Source of the DNA: an uncultured Colwellia sp.
Lineage (GTDB): Bacteria; Pseudomonadota; Gammaproteobacteria; Enterobacterales; Alteromonadaceae
Direction of reading: 5' to 3'
DNA length: 64,000 nt
NCBI GenBank assembly: GCA_913063325.1
Contig: CAJXYE010000021.1
Location: 215-64,214, forward strand
The notes beneath the pieces are model-generated. The model was not told the origin of the DNA, ran no database searches, and saw nothing but the letters and a program-made list of their open reading frames with translations. Position numbers and translations under genes: made by a program. This document shows, one piece after another, positions 1-9,239 of the stretch. How positions within the stretch are numbered: the stretch's first letter is position 1; each line of letters starts with the position of its first letter.

Positions 1-598
1 GGTCTGCAAACGGTAAATAGCTACCATCCGTATCTTTAATTCTTTGCGTATTGTAAAAGTTGTCTTGATATTGAAGTACATCCATAGTTGCATAACCTAA
101 GTCAGGGCAAGCAGCTTGATGACTAACCATATAATCTAAATCTTGAAGTGCATCGATATAAATCAAACCTTTTACTCTTTCAGGAAAGTGCCTTCCGAGA
201 TGATTTAACTCTCCGCCTGCAAAAGAGTGGCCTGCAAAAATACCTCTTTCAATATTCATCTTGTCTAAAACTGTGATGATATCTTTAGTTAATCTACTTG
301 TAGAAAAGTCTTCTTTTCTAGATTCAGAGTTTCCATGACCAACACGACTTATGCCTATAACCCTATACGAATCTGTAAACGAGGAGACTAATGGATCAAA
401 AGTATGGGCATTAAGAGCAAGACCAGCCAGAAATACAAGTGGAGTGCCTTCCCCTCCCCAATCAACCACTTCTAGCTTTATTTTATCATCCATTTCAACG
501 TAATGAATTTCGTGCGGTGATTTATCTATCCACTCATTAGAGTGGGCTGTGTTTAAAACCAAAATACATAGATAGGCTAGCAGTGATAATTTTTTCAT
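1..598 (-). CDS. Secreted alpha/beta-fold hydrolase, 3' end outside window
   Basis: Not in the ORF track; translated manually from ATG at 598: MKKLSLLAYLCILVLNTAHS (signal peptide)...LEVVDWGGEGTPLVFLAGL...GHSFAG (nucleophile-elbow-like). Runs off the window start. Confidence 0.85.
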   Translation of the reverse strand, partial: MKKLSLLAYLCILVLNTAHSNEWIDKSPHEIHYVEMDDKIKLEVVDWGGEGTPLVFLAGLALNAHTFDPLVSSFTDSYRVIGISRVGHGNSESRKEDFSTSRLTKDIITVLDKMNIERGIFAGHSFAGGELNHLGRHFPERVKGLIYIDALQDLDYMVSHQAACPDLGYATMDVLQYQDNFYNTQRIKDTDGSYLPFAD

Positions 599-715
599 TA
601 CTTATTGTTATTCCTTTGTTTAATTGGGCGATATTATAACTAACGTCTGTTAGGGTAAAATTAAATGGTTAACTGTATCTTTGATCTTCCCCCGATAAAA
701 TGGACACTCTCCATT

Positions 716-1603
716 TCAATTTTCTGCCAATTCGAACTCAGCAGGTGTTTTATATCCTAAACTTGAATGCAGTCGTTGTCTATTGTAAAAATAGTTCATG
801 TAACCTTTTAATTTTGAATGTAATTTATCCGTAGTCGCGAAGACATTCCCTCTAATTAAGTCAGCTTTTAACTAATGAAAAAATGATTCAACTTCAGCAT
901 TATCAGTGCAACAACCTGGGCGGTTCATGCTTGCCGTAATGTTATGTTTAACTAAAAACTGCTGAACTATATGAGCTCGATATTCAGCCCCTCTGTCTGT
1001 ATGAAATAACACAGGTTGTATAGGTTTACGCTTATTTATTGCTAGCTGTAGCGCTTTCAGTGTTAGTGCTGTTGATTTATTCTGACCAAAAGCCCAGCCT
1101 ATGATACGGCGTGAAAACAAATCTAATACTACAGCTAAGTAATACCAGCGAGAGCCTACTTTCAGGTATGTAATATCTCCCGACCATTGCTGGTTGATAG
1201 CATCAGGCTTGCTGATGTTTTTTCGATTGTTCTTAATTTCTTTATAGAAAAACTTCACTTTGGCAGGTTTACTGTTTGTTTTAAGGGCTCGGGCTCTTAA
1301 ACCATTTTCTTGCATTAAACGCGCGACACGCTTTTCACTCGTTCGAATGCCTGCTCTTTTTAGCGCATGAAATACGCGAGGACTACCGTAGGTTTGATGA
1401 TTGCTATCAAAGACTTGTTTAATAGTTAAAAGTAAATCCGCATCATTAATGGCGCGCATTGAACGTGGACGTTGTCGCCATGCATAAAAGCCACTACGAG
1501 AGACATCAAGCCATGAACAAAGGTATTTAACACCTAAGGCTTTTTTGTGTTTTTCGATGAATCCAAATCGCTCTGATGCACTTCCGCCAGATACCGTTGC
1601 CAC
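716..1603 (-). pseudogene. IS3 transposase OrfB (DDE integrase core) with in-frame TAG at 872-874
   Basis: Motifs YGSPRV, WSGDITY, DLFSRRIIGW, HTDRG, DNAEVESFFH. After the TAG the same frame continues LKADLIRG...YFYNRQRLHSSLGYKTPAEFELAEN to TGA at 716-718. Confidence 0.9.
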
Positions 1604-1908
1604 TTTTTTAGTAAATCATTCTCCAGTTTTAAGCGGTCATTTTCTTTTTGCAGCTGTTTGATTTTATTCAGCTCTTTCTTTGTGTGAACTTTACTCATTA
1701 ATTCATTATTGCTTTGGTAGCGTTGAGGTTTTTTAAATTTACCTTCTCGGTATTCTTTGCGCCAACGGGAGAGCATTAACGGGTGAATATCGAGTGCTTG
1801 AGCAACATCCTTAGACATGACATCGTCTTTCAAGCTTAGCTCGACTGCTTGGATTTTGAAATTAACAGGGTAAAACCATGTTTTTTTGGGTTGGGTGTAT
1901 CTAGGCAT
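1534..1908 (-). CDS. IS3 transposase OrfA (HTH plus coiled coil)
   Basis: FKIQAVELS...DVAQALDIHPLMLSRWRKEY helix-turn-helix, then ELNKIKQLQKENDRLKLENDLLKK zipper. Confidence 0.9.
   Translation of the reverse strand: MPRYTQPKKTWFYPVNFKIQAVELSLKDDVMSKDVAQALDIHPLMLSRWRKEYREGKFKKPQRYQSNNELMSKVHTKKELNKIKQLQKENDRLKLENDLLKKWQRYLAEVHQSDLDSSKNTKKP
1601..1610 (-). promoter_or_regulatory. -1 programmed frameshift site (A6G) of the IS3 element
   Basis: Minus strand CTA AAA AAG TGG gives AAAAAAG at 1609-1603 in the orfA/orfB overlap, the typical IS3-family slippery motif. Confidence 0.8.
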
Positions 1909-1981
1909 TTTAGCCTCCTCAATGTGATGAGGAGGTGTCCACTAAAACGGGGGAACTCCACTTTCCTTGTTTAACAGCTTG

Positions 1982-2269
1982 TTAGGCTACGATATTCTTA
2001 TAAGCTTTAGATGCCATTACAGGAATAAATTCAGTAATTGAATATGCTACAGCTCCACTTTTAACGAATGGATCTGAGTTTAAAACTTGTTTAAGCTCAC
2101 CCTCACTCTCATGTTGTGAAATAAGTATCCCTCCAGTTCTAGGTACTTTTCTTCCACCAAACATCAGCTTGTTTGATTTATATTCTTGCTCAAGGTAACT
2201 CTTGTGCTTTTCAGTTAGTTCCTCTGTGATTTTCGTCATGTCAGTAAAGCTCATATCTACTAGATACAT
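1982..2269 (-). CDS. YciI-family protein
   Basis: 95 aa; HKSYL, GRKVPRTGGILI and DPF motifs typical of YciI-like alpha+beta barrel proteins. Confidence 0.8.
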   Translation of the reverse strand: MYLVDMSFTDMTKITEELTEKHKSYLEQEYKSNKLMFGGRKVPRTGGILISQHESEGELKQVLNSDPFVKSGAVAYSITEFIPVMASKAYKNIVA

Positions 2270-2359
2270 ATAATTCTCGCTTTTTAAATAGATTAATATA
2301 AAGTATGCTACGTATTTCGTAGCGGACTATACCGCTACTTTTTTAGAAGCGCAACAATT

Positions 2360-2689
2360 ATGACAACACCATTACCTAAAAAATCAGTAAGAGGATCGAG
2401 TTCGGGTGTAGCTATCATGGCTGTTTTTGACCTGTTAGGTCGAAAGTGGAATATGAGAATTATGTGGGAACTTAACTCATCGTATCTAAGTTTTAGAGGG
2501 TTACAAGAGCGATGTGACGGTATGTCACCATCTGTTTTAAACACTAGAATTAAGCAATTGACTGAAGCTGAATTGGTTTTTACCACATCAGAAGGCTATA
2601 AACTAACAGAATTAGGATTATCCTTAATGAATACACTTGATCCTTTGAGGGAATGGGCTGCGGAATGGGAAGAAAAAGTGGCAAAGTAG
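2360..2689 (+). CDS. HxlR-family winged-helix regulator
   Basis: LLGRKWNMRIMWEL, FRGLQERCDGMSPSVLNTRIKQL, YKLTELG; divergent from the yciI-like gene. Confidence 0.9.
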   Translation: MTTPLPKKSVRGSSSGVAIMAVFDLLGRKWNMRIMWELNSSYLSFRGLQERCDGMSPSVLNTRIKQLTEAELVFTTSEGYKLTELGLSLMNTLDPLREWAAEWEEKVAK

Positions 2690-2860
2690 CCTAACAATAT
2701 ATTATGGATACGTCTCAGTCACATCACAGGAATTATTCATTAGAAAATATATGGTAAAAATCCTTCTGCTTATGTATCTAATGCGCCTTGAGTTCGAATT
2801 GTTAACTATTTATATAAATCTAAAAAAAAATCCTTTACTATGTTTTTATCAACCAGAATC

Positions 2861-2990
2861 GGAGCCAACGCCATAATGAACATCTAATACCTGTGGTCTA
2901 ATTTTTTATTTTGGAACTACAGGATTAGTGGGCGTGCTCAAAACTTCTTCTTTTTTTACGGCAAGGTATTTAATCGAATACTTACCTGAA
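2861..2990 (+). promoter_or_regulatory. Structured 5' leader with micro-uORF (Met-Asn-Ile-stop) upstream of the ABC-F gene
   Basis: GGAG at 2861, ATG AAC ATC TAA at 2876-2887, stem CTAAT-AC-CTGTGG (2884-2896) / CTACAGG-ATTAG (2917-2928), U-rich tract 2945-2957, second stem 2960-2986. Confidence 0.5.
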
Positions 2991-3033
2991 TCTTTAGCAT
3001 AAACACTTTCCTGATTTAAACAGGAGGCCGTTC

Positions 3034-4605
3034 ATGCCTACATTACATGTAAACAAACTCTCTTATCAATTAGACAATGGAATAAAGCTATTTGAAAACC
3101 TTTCATTTAGCTTGCCTCAAGGTCTTACAGGCCTTATTGGACGAAACGGGGTGGGAAAATCGATATTAGCTTCAATTTTAACTAAAGAGATTAAACCTAC
3201 TAATGGCACTTTTTCTCCAGATATGTCTGTAGTGAGCTTCGACCAGAACTGTTCAACATTGTTTGAAAGAAATGAAACTATTGCATCTTTTTTAGGTGTT
3301 GATGAACACTTAGCTGCACTAAATCGTATAGAACAGGGAGGCTATGAAGAATCAGACTTTGAACTAATAGCCGAAAATTGGCAAATCAAAGATGAGGTAA
3401 TCGAAATTCTGCAAAGTTTACGATTACCAGTTAACTTTGAACTATTATGTGTCTCACTAAGCGGTGGAGAAAGAGCTAAATTAAGTCTTTGGAAGCTCTT
3501 TCAATCTGACGCACAACTCTTAATTTTGGATGAACCGAGTAACCATTTAGATAAACAAGGAAAGCTGTGGTTAATCAATCAAATGAAAAACTTCAAAGGA
3601 GATGTGCTTGTAGTGAGTCATGACCATGAGCTATTGCAAGAGGTCGATTCAATTTATGAATTATCTTCCCTTGGGCTTACATTTTTTCATGGTGCCTATA
3701 GTGATTATTTATGTACAAAACAAAGTAATGATGAAGCATTAGAAAGGAAACTTTTTAACTTGAAAAAGCAGAAGAAAAATGTAGTTAATCAAGCGCAAAA
3801 AAGTAAGGAAAAATCTCAAAAAAGAGCCTCGCAAGGAAACAGATTAAGGCATAGTGGTAGTCAGGCCAAAGTTCTACTTGATGGTAAGAAAAACAAAGCA
3901 GAGGGTGCAGCTTCTAGCAAAGCCACTCAAACTAAAGCATTGATGTTAAATATTGACAGCAAACAAGCAGATCTTACAAAACTAAAAGAGCAAATAAAGC
4001 CGCTCACCTTATCAATGCATCATGAAAAAAGTAAAAAGGCACAACAATTGTATATTGAAGATGTAGTGCTACCATTTGGCTCTAAAGAACCAATAAACTT
4101 TAAGCTGATTAGCAACGAAAAAGTCCACTTAGTAGGAGAAAACGGGAGTGGTAAATCAACACTAATTAGAGTCATATTAGGTGAATTAAGACCTCTGAAT
4201 GGCAATGTTTATGTAAACTCCCAAATATTTTACTTTGACCAACACTGTTCATTATTGGATGCTCAAAAAAATATGCTTGAGACTATACAAAAACATTGTG
4301 CTTACCTAAATGACATGGATTTAAGAACTCTCCTAGCAGGTGTAGGCTTTAGAGGGGATAAAGTTTTTACGCTAGTTGCTCAGCTTAGTGGAGGTGAAAA
4401 GATGAGGTTAATGATGTTAATTGCAAGTCATCAGAAGGAACTGCCTTTATTATTACTTGATGAACCAGATAATCACTTGGATAGAGAATCAAAGGAAGTG
4501 CTAGCTGATGCTCTTAATGAATTTAATGGAAGCTTAATTCTAATAAGTCATGATGAACATTTAATAAATTGTATTGATAACATTTTGAAAATACATTTGA
4601 CATAA
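3034..4605 (+). CDS. ABC-F family ribosome-associated ATPase
   Basis: Two NBDs (GRNGVGKS / LSGGE / LILDEP and GENGSGKS / LSGGE / LLLDEP), no transmembrane segments, basic interdomain linker, AGGAGG RBS. Confidence 0.9.
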   Translation: MPTLHVNKLSYQLDNGIKLFENLSFSLPQGLTGLIGRNGVGKSILASILTKEIKPTNGTFSPDMSVVSFDQNCSTLFERNETIASFLGVDEHLAALNRIEQGGYEESDFELIAENWQIKDEVIEILQSLRLPVNFELLCVSLSGGERAKLSLWKLFQSDAQLLILDEPSNHLDKQGKLWLINQMKNFKGDVLVVSHDHELLQEVDSIYELSSLGLTFFHGAYSDYLCTKQSNDEALERKLFNLKKQKKNVVNQAQKSKEKSQKRASQGNRLRHSGSQAKVLLDGKKNKAEGAASSKATQTKALMLNIDSKQADLTKLKEQIKPLTLSMHHEKSKKAQQLYIEDVVLPFGSKEPINFKLISNEKVHLVGENGSGKSTLIRVILGELRPLNGNVYVNSQIFYFDQHCSLLDAQKNMLETIQKHCAYLNDMDLRTLLAGVGFRGDKVFTLVAQLSGGEKMRLMMLIASHQKELPLLLLDEPDNHLDRESKEVLADALNEFNGSLILISHDEHLINCIDNILKIHLT

Positions 4606-4773
4606 ATAATGTCTGGCTCAACCTAGTTAGCTTGTATCTTTATTGAATAGTGAAATTGAATACCTTGATCTCGCTCCTGCCATTCGCTGAACAGCAGTAT
4701 CTAGAAACTGTTTTTTGGTAACTTAAAGGTGTCAGTAATGTGGTAAAAGTTAGCATGCTACTAAGGTGATTTC

Positions 4774-5031
4774 ATGACCGCTTTGTCGGATCACTTGTCA
4801 CTAGATAAGCGAAGGCCAATGTCCGGTTTCGTATCTTTGTTAACATTGGCTAGTGAGAATTAGAGACTTCTCTAGTTAGCCAATTGCGGACATTTTTTGA
4901 TTGATTTTCATTGCTGATTTTTTGTTGAAAGAGCGATCCTAACTGCTCCCACTATAATGTCAGCTATCTTCAAGAATAGCTGACATTAGCATATATACTC
5001 TAAGGCGCTTCCGCCCCCACAGCGAGTTAGA
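4774..5031. repeat. Cluster of ~30-bp imperfect palindromes (junction repeat, copy 1)
   Basis: Includes AATGTCAGCTAT-CTTCAAGA-ATAGCTGACATT (4956-4987) and TCTAAGGCGCT-N11-AGCGAGTTAGA. Homologous to 40609-40682 and 52293-52790. Confidence 0.75.
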
Positions 5032-5228
5032 AGTTATAAATTTGTGGCCAATATAATTGAACCACTTCACAGATAACTTTAAACATTAGATTTATCAGAT
5101 TTCATTAAACAGTTTTGACTAAGGTTGTATCGATATTAATCATAGTTCCCTTTACTAATATTAATAAAAATATGAACCTATCCCAGTAAAGACAGGCTTT
5201 AAAAAAATAACATTTACACAAACAGATA

Positions 5229-6278
5229 TTAAGGAAGATTAACAATTTCAATCCAATCTGGAGATTCCCCTACGGAGTAGCTTGCTAATTTTGACAATTT
5301 CCCTGTCAGTTCATGAATTTTATAAATGGACATCTGATTAGATAGTTGTCCAACTATAAATAAGTATTTACTTGAAGAATCAATATTGAATCCTCGAGGA
5401 CTCTCTTCTGTTTTTATAACTTCAATAAGTTCTAAAGTACCATCGCTAGAATTTACTTTAAAACCTGAAATAGTACTTGAATCACGCTCTGAACTATAAA
5501 TAAAACGGCCATTGGCTGTAACATGGATATCAGCTGCAGCTTTACAGTCATTATAACTGAAAGGTAGAGTACCAATGCATTGTTTTTCCTTCAGTAAACC
5601 ATTAGTCAAATCGACATCGAACACATGAATAGAAGCATCATATTCTCCAATTACATATGCAAACCTCTCATTTGGGTGAAATATAAGGTGTCTAGGGCCA
5701 GTGTTACCTTTTAATTGAATAAAAGGTTTGTTGTTCGTCTCTAACTCACCAGCCAAAGAATTAAACTTAAATTGAGATATTCGATCATTACCCAGAGTAG
5801 AAACAAAGACATGATTATTAGTTTTATCAACTATTACGGAATGTGCATTTGGATAATCATCCAATGTTTGCTTCTGTTTAAGAACGATGCCACTTTGAGA
5901 AATAGGGAATACAATAATTTTATGGTGGGGATAGGAAGCCCCAATTATATATCGTCCTGTCTTATCGGTAGCAATGTAAGCAATACTTTGATTAAGTGAA
6001 GTGTTCCCTAAGTACTTTAGATTACCGCTTTTAGCTTGTATAGCAAAACTGCTAATCATTAAAGGGGTTCCCCTAGAAACTACATACATAAAACGTCTGT
6101 CAGGGCTAACGCAAATAGGCGTCGATATACCTGGTTTTATAACATCAGGTATTTCAACTTTATTTACAAATGATGACTGTCCATTTTCATTACTGAGGAG
6201 AAAAATAGCTATATCATTACTATTACTATTTCCAATATAAACAAAAGTAGATGCATGCTTAAAAGGATCCATATTCAT
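5229..6278 (-). CDS. pgl: 6-phosphogluconolactonase / lactonase family beta-propeller
   Basis: AHSV, LGND, GPRHLIFHP, AADIHVT, YSSER, PRGFNID motifs of the YbhE/Pgl family. Confidence 0.8.
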   Translation of the reverse strand: MNMDPFKHASTFVYIGNSNSNDIAIFLLSNENGQSSFVNKVEIPDVIKPGISTPICVSPDRRFMYVVSRGTPLMISSFAIQAKSGNLKYLGNTSLNQSIAYIATDKTGRYIIGASYPHHKIIVFPISQSGIVLKQKQTLDDYPNAHSVIVDKTNNHVFVSTLGNDRISQFKFNSLAGELETNNKPFIQLKGNTGPRHLIFHPNERFAYVIGEYDASIHVFDVDLTNGLLKEKQCIGTLPFSYNDCKAAADIHVTANGRFIYSSERDSSTISGFKVNSSDGTLELIEVIKTEESPRGFNIDSSSKYLFIVGQLSNQMSIYKIHELTGKLSKLASYSVGESPDWIEIVNLP

Positions 6279-6632
6279 TGTAAAAACAACCTAAAAAATA
6301 ATAAAATACTCATGGAGTTCATTATAAAGCACTGGCTTTATGTAAAAACATGACTATGAATATTTGTGATTAAAGTAACTTCAATTACTTTAAGTTTATG
6401 ACCTATTAACATAAACAATAAGCATGGTTAGATAGATATCATTTACATGACCATACAACATTTAGAAAGGACACAAACAGAACAAATTTTTTATAAATCT
6501 ATCTTGTTTTGTGCCGCTTTATTTTCTGACATTTGCTGGCTTTGTAACCTAACAAAATCTACCCAATATGAGTTAAAAGGCAATGATGTGTATAGGTACG
6601 CTACTTGAAACCTCCACATAATTTTCACTGGC

Positions 6633-7322
6633 TTATCTTATAGGTCTATTTTGGTATTTTGTTGGCATAGCCACTTCACCACAATATTTATTTTCTGGAA
6701 AAATCATATATTGATAAAAACACTTACCTTGCTCATCTTTACTTGATAGTCCTTTAACAAGAATAAAGCCATGGCGATATAAGCAATCAATAACACTTTG
6801 AGGAGGTGAAACAACAAAAATACTTACTTGCTTGGTAAGATCTTCTTTTGTACCAAAAGCGTCATCCCAATACCAGTTTGTGGTAAAAATTTCTTTGTCA
6901 TTTTGAGGTCTATAAGGTTTCCCTGTTTGACGGTCATGCTTTATTGGCAATGAAATATGCCAATCATCTTTAGTCAGTTCGTTCATTGCCTTATCAAAGC
7001 GTTTTTTAGGGCTTAACTCAAAAATTTTAGACATATTTTTGAACAATTGAAATTCGCTAAAAACGTGATAAAACAAAGCAGCTAAGTCTCCGCTTATATT
7101 TTTAGTCGCGTATAAATCGAGCATGCTATCAATATCAATTGATAGTGATCTTGGATAGCGTTTTTGCTTCTTGGCTCTTTTAAGCCATTTCCCTAAAAAT
7201 ATATTTTCACTAACAGACCGATATGAAACTTTGCCAATCTTTTGTTCTGAGGTCAATGCAATCAAACCACCTAAAATCAAATTATAAAGATCGGCTGATT
7301 TGTTAAATTGTAATTCTTTCAT
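6633..7322 (-). CDS. Hypothetical protein, DUF2913-like
   Basis: 229 aa ORF; N-terminal LIAL...SENIFLGKWLKRAKKQKRYP..DIDSML resembles DUF2913 (recognised from memory). Confidence 0.55.
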   Translation of the reverse strand: MKELQFNKSADLYNLILGGLIALTSEQKIGKVSYRSVSENIFLGKWLKRAKKQKRYPRSLSIDIDSMLDLYATKNISGDLAALFYHVFSEFQLFKNMSKIFELSPKKRFDKAMNELTKDDWHISLPIKHDRQTGKPYRPQNDKEIFTTNWYWDDAFGTKEDLTKQVSIFVVSPPQSVIDCLYRHGFILVKGLSSKDEQGKCFYQYMIFPENKYCGEVAMPTKYQNRPIR

Positions 7323-7486
7323 TGATATAGAGCTTCCTGGATCTTAAGTTGAAAGGTAAATCTGGGCAGTCTAGTCATTATCTAAAGACGAGTGACTAAT
7401 GAGAAAGCGGCAAAACAATTAAAAAGAGATGAAATATTATTCAAGACCATCACCTTTTAATACCTACATTAATAGCTTGAAGACCT

Positions 7487-8566
7487 TTAAGCATTCCTAT
7501 TCAAACAATTAAGTTCGGTAAAACACTGAATAAGCCTTTCCTTCATTTTTGTCTCACTCTGACGTAACCACACCCTTGGGTCGTAATATTTTTTATTGGG
7601 TAGCTCGTTACCTTTAGGATTACCCAACTGAGACTGGAGATAGCGATACTTTTTTTTACTATATTCTTGCACACCTTGCCAATACGCCCATTGAGTATCG
7701 GTATCAATATTCATTTTTATGGTGCCATATGAAATAGCTTCTTTAATATCGCCTAAATCAGATCCTGAACCTCCATGAAAAACAAAATTCAAAGGGTGAT
7801 GTGGTAATGAGAACTTATGGGAAACATAGGCTTGGGAGTTTTTTAAAATCATCGGTGTTAAGGAAACCTGACCTGATTTGTACACGCCATGGACATTACC
7901 AAAAGAAGCAGCAATGATGAAGTTAGGGCTAATGCTGGTAAGCTTTTCATATGCATAAGCCACATCTTCTGGCTGCGTATAAAGTTTGGCATTATCTATA
8001 TTGGTATTATCTACGCCATCTTCTTCGCCACCAGTACAACCTAACTCAATCTCTAATGTCATTTTAAGGGGAGTCATTTTCTCAAGATATTGCGCACAAA
8101 CAGCAATATTATCGGTTAACGGCTCTTCTGAAAGGTCTAACATATGTGAGCTAAATAAAGGCTCACCAGTTTCTTTAAAATGTTGCTCCCCTGCAGCAAG
8201 TAAACCATCAATCCAAGGGAGTAATTTTTTTGAAGCATGATCGGTATGAATCACCACAGGGACCTTATAATTTTTCGCGGCATCATTAATATATTTAGCT
8301 GCCAATATGGCGCCTTGAATAGAGGCTTCTAATCCTGATAGCGGTGCACCTTTACCAATAAAATAGGCTGCGCCAGAGTAGGATAACTGAATAATAATAG
8401 GTGAGTTTGCTTCATGTGCGGCTTCCAGTGCCGCATTGACAGCACTGGTACTAATAACATTCACCGCTGGAATTGCAAATTGTTGTTCTTTTGCGTTGTT
8501 AAACAGCTTTTGCGTCGATTTCCCTGAAACTAAACCAGAATCAAGAAATGATGATAATTGCTTCAT
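7487..8566 (-). CDS. fbaA: Fructose-bisphosphate aldolase class II
   Basis: FAIPAVN, HTDH, FSSHMLDLS, ELGCTGGEEDG, FGNVHGVY, FHGGSG, KMNIDTD, YYDPRVWLR. Start placed at ATG 8566, just after the eda stop. Confidence 0.95.
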   Translation of the reverse strand: MKQLSSFLDSGLVSGKSTQKLFNNAKEQQFAIPAVNVISTSAVNAALEAAHEANSPIIIQLSYSGAAYFIGKGAPLSGLEASIQGAILAAKYINDAAKNYKVPVVIHTDHASKKLLPWIDGLLAAGEQHFKETGEPLFSSHMLDLSEEPLTDNIAVCAQYLEKMTPLKMTLEIELGCTGGEEDGVDNTNIDNAKLYTQPEDVAYAYEKLTSISPNFIIAASFGNVHGVYKSGQVSLTPMILKNSQAYVSHKFSLPHHPLNFVFHGGSGSDLGDIKEAISYGTIKMNIDTDTQWAYWQGVQEYSKKKYRYLQSQLGNPKGNELPNKKYYDPRVWLRQSETKMKERLIQCFTELNCLNRNA

Positions 8567-8567
8567 A

Positions 8568-9191
8568 TTAGCTGAGACCTTGTGCCGCTGCACAAGCAGA
8601 ACTGATCTTCGACCATTGTCTCTGCTCTACCCAATGAGACTTAGCAATCCAAGTACCACCAACAGCAAATACATTACTTAAAGCCATATATTCTTGTTGA
8701 TTACTTTGATTAATCCCCCCTGTAGGGCAAAAAGAAATATCACTAAAAACAGAAGCCATAGCAGATAAAAAAGCTGTACCGCCCGATAAAGACGCAGGAA
8801 ATAATTTTAACTCATTGTAGCCAAATTCTGTTGCTAACAATATGTCCGCAGTATTCGACACACCAGGAAGTACAGGCACAGGGCAATTTGCCAGGTTCAT
8901 TAATAATTTAGTTGAAGTTGCTGGCGTAATAATAAAATCGCTACCCGCGCTAAGTGCTTTTTTTAGAATATCTGCATCAAGAACCGTACCGGCGCCTACT
9001 TTTAAATTAGGTAGCTCATGTTTGATTGCTGTTATCACATCAAGTGATGCTGCGGTTCTAAGCACTACCTCAACCAAATTAATGCCTGCTGAAGACATAG
9101 CTTTAGCTATTTCAACACCTTGTGAAACTGTGTTTGCTTGAATAATCGGTAGCAGAGTCTGCTTCCCCATTAAATTGGAAAATGAATTCAT
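8568..9191 (-). CDS. eda: KDPG aldolase
   Basis: EVVLRT, VGAGTV, LKLFPA (Schiff-base Lys), FCPTGGI, AVGGTW. Confidence 0.95.
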   Translation of the reverse strand: MNSFSNLMGKQTLLPIIQANTVSQGVEIAKAMSSAGINLVEVVLRTAASLDVITAIKHELPNLKVGAGTVLDADILKKALSAGSDFIITPATSTKLLMNLANCPVPVLPGVSNTADILLATEFGYNELKLFPASLSGGTAFLSAMASVFSDISFCPTGGINQSNQQEYMALSNVFAVGGTWIAKSHWVEQRQWSKISSACAAAQGLS

Positions 9192-9239
9192 ATGAATGCC
9201 TTAAGAATATGGAAAGTGGGAACTGTTAACTGTTAATAG

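Larger units (their letters stand above)
682..1960 (-). mobile_element. IS3-family insertion sequence, 1279 bp, with 3-bp target duplication CTT
   Basis: Imperfect terminal inverted repeats TGATCTTCCCCCGATAAAATGGACAC (from 682) and TGGAGTTCCCCCGTTTTAGTGGACAC (reverse from 1960), 5'-TG...CA-3' ends, CTT at 679-681 and 1961-1963, orfA/orfB organisation. Confidence 0.95.
638..1987 (-). other. Integron attC-like site (about 68 nt once the IS is removed), interrupted by IS3
   Basis: Minus strand, IS and one CTT copy removed: GCCTAAC-AAGCT-GTTAAACAAGGAAAG|ATACAGTT...CCCTAACAGAC-GTTAGTT. R'' RYYYAAC (1987-1981) overlaps the yciI stop, R' GTTRRRY-like is at 644-638, and inner CTGTTA/TAACAG are complementary. 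Confidence 0.7.

Noticed and set aside
3034-4605. Calling the ABC-F a named antibiotic resistance gene
   Set aside because: Subfamily cannot be assigned by eye, and many ABC-F proteins are housekeeping translation factors.
4774-5031. Palindrome-spacer series considered as a CRISPR or attC array
   Set aside because: Units are too divergent and irregularly spaced for CRISPR and lack RYYYAAC/GTTRRRY ends; kept as a separate repeat family.
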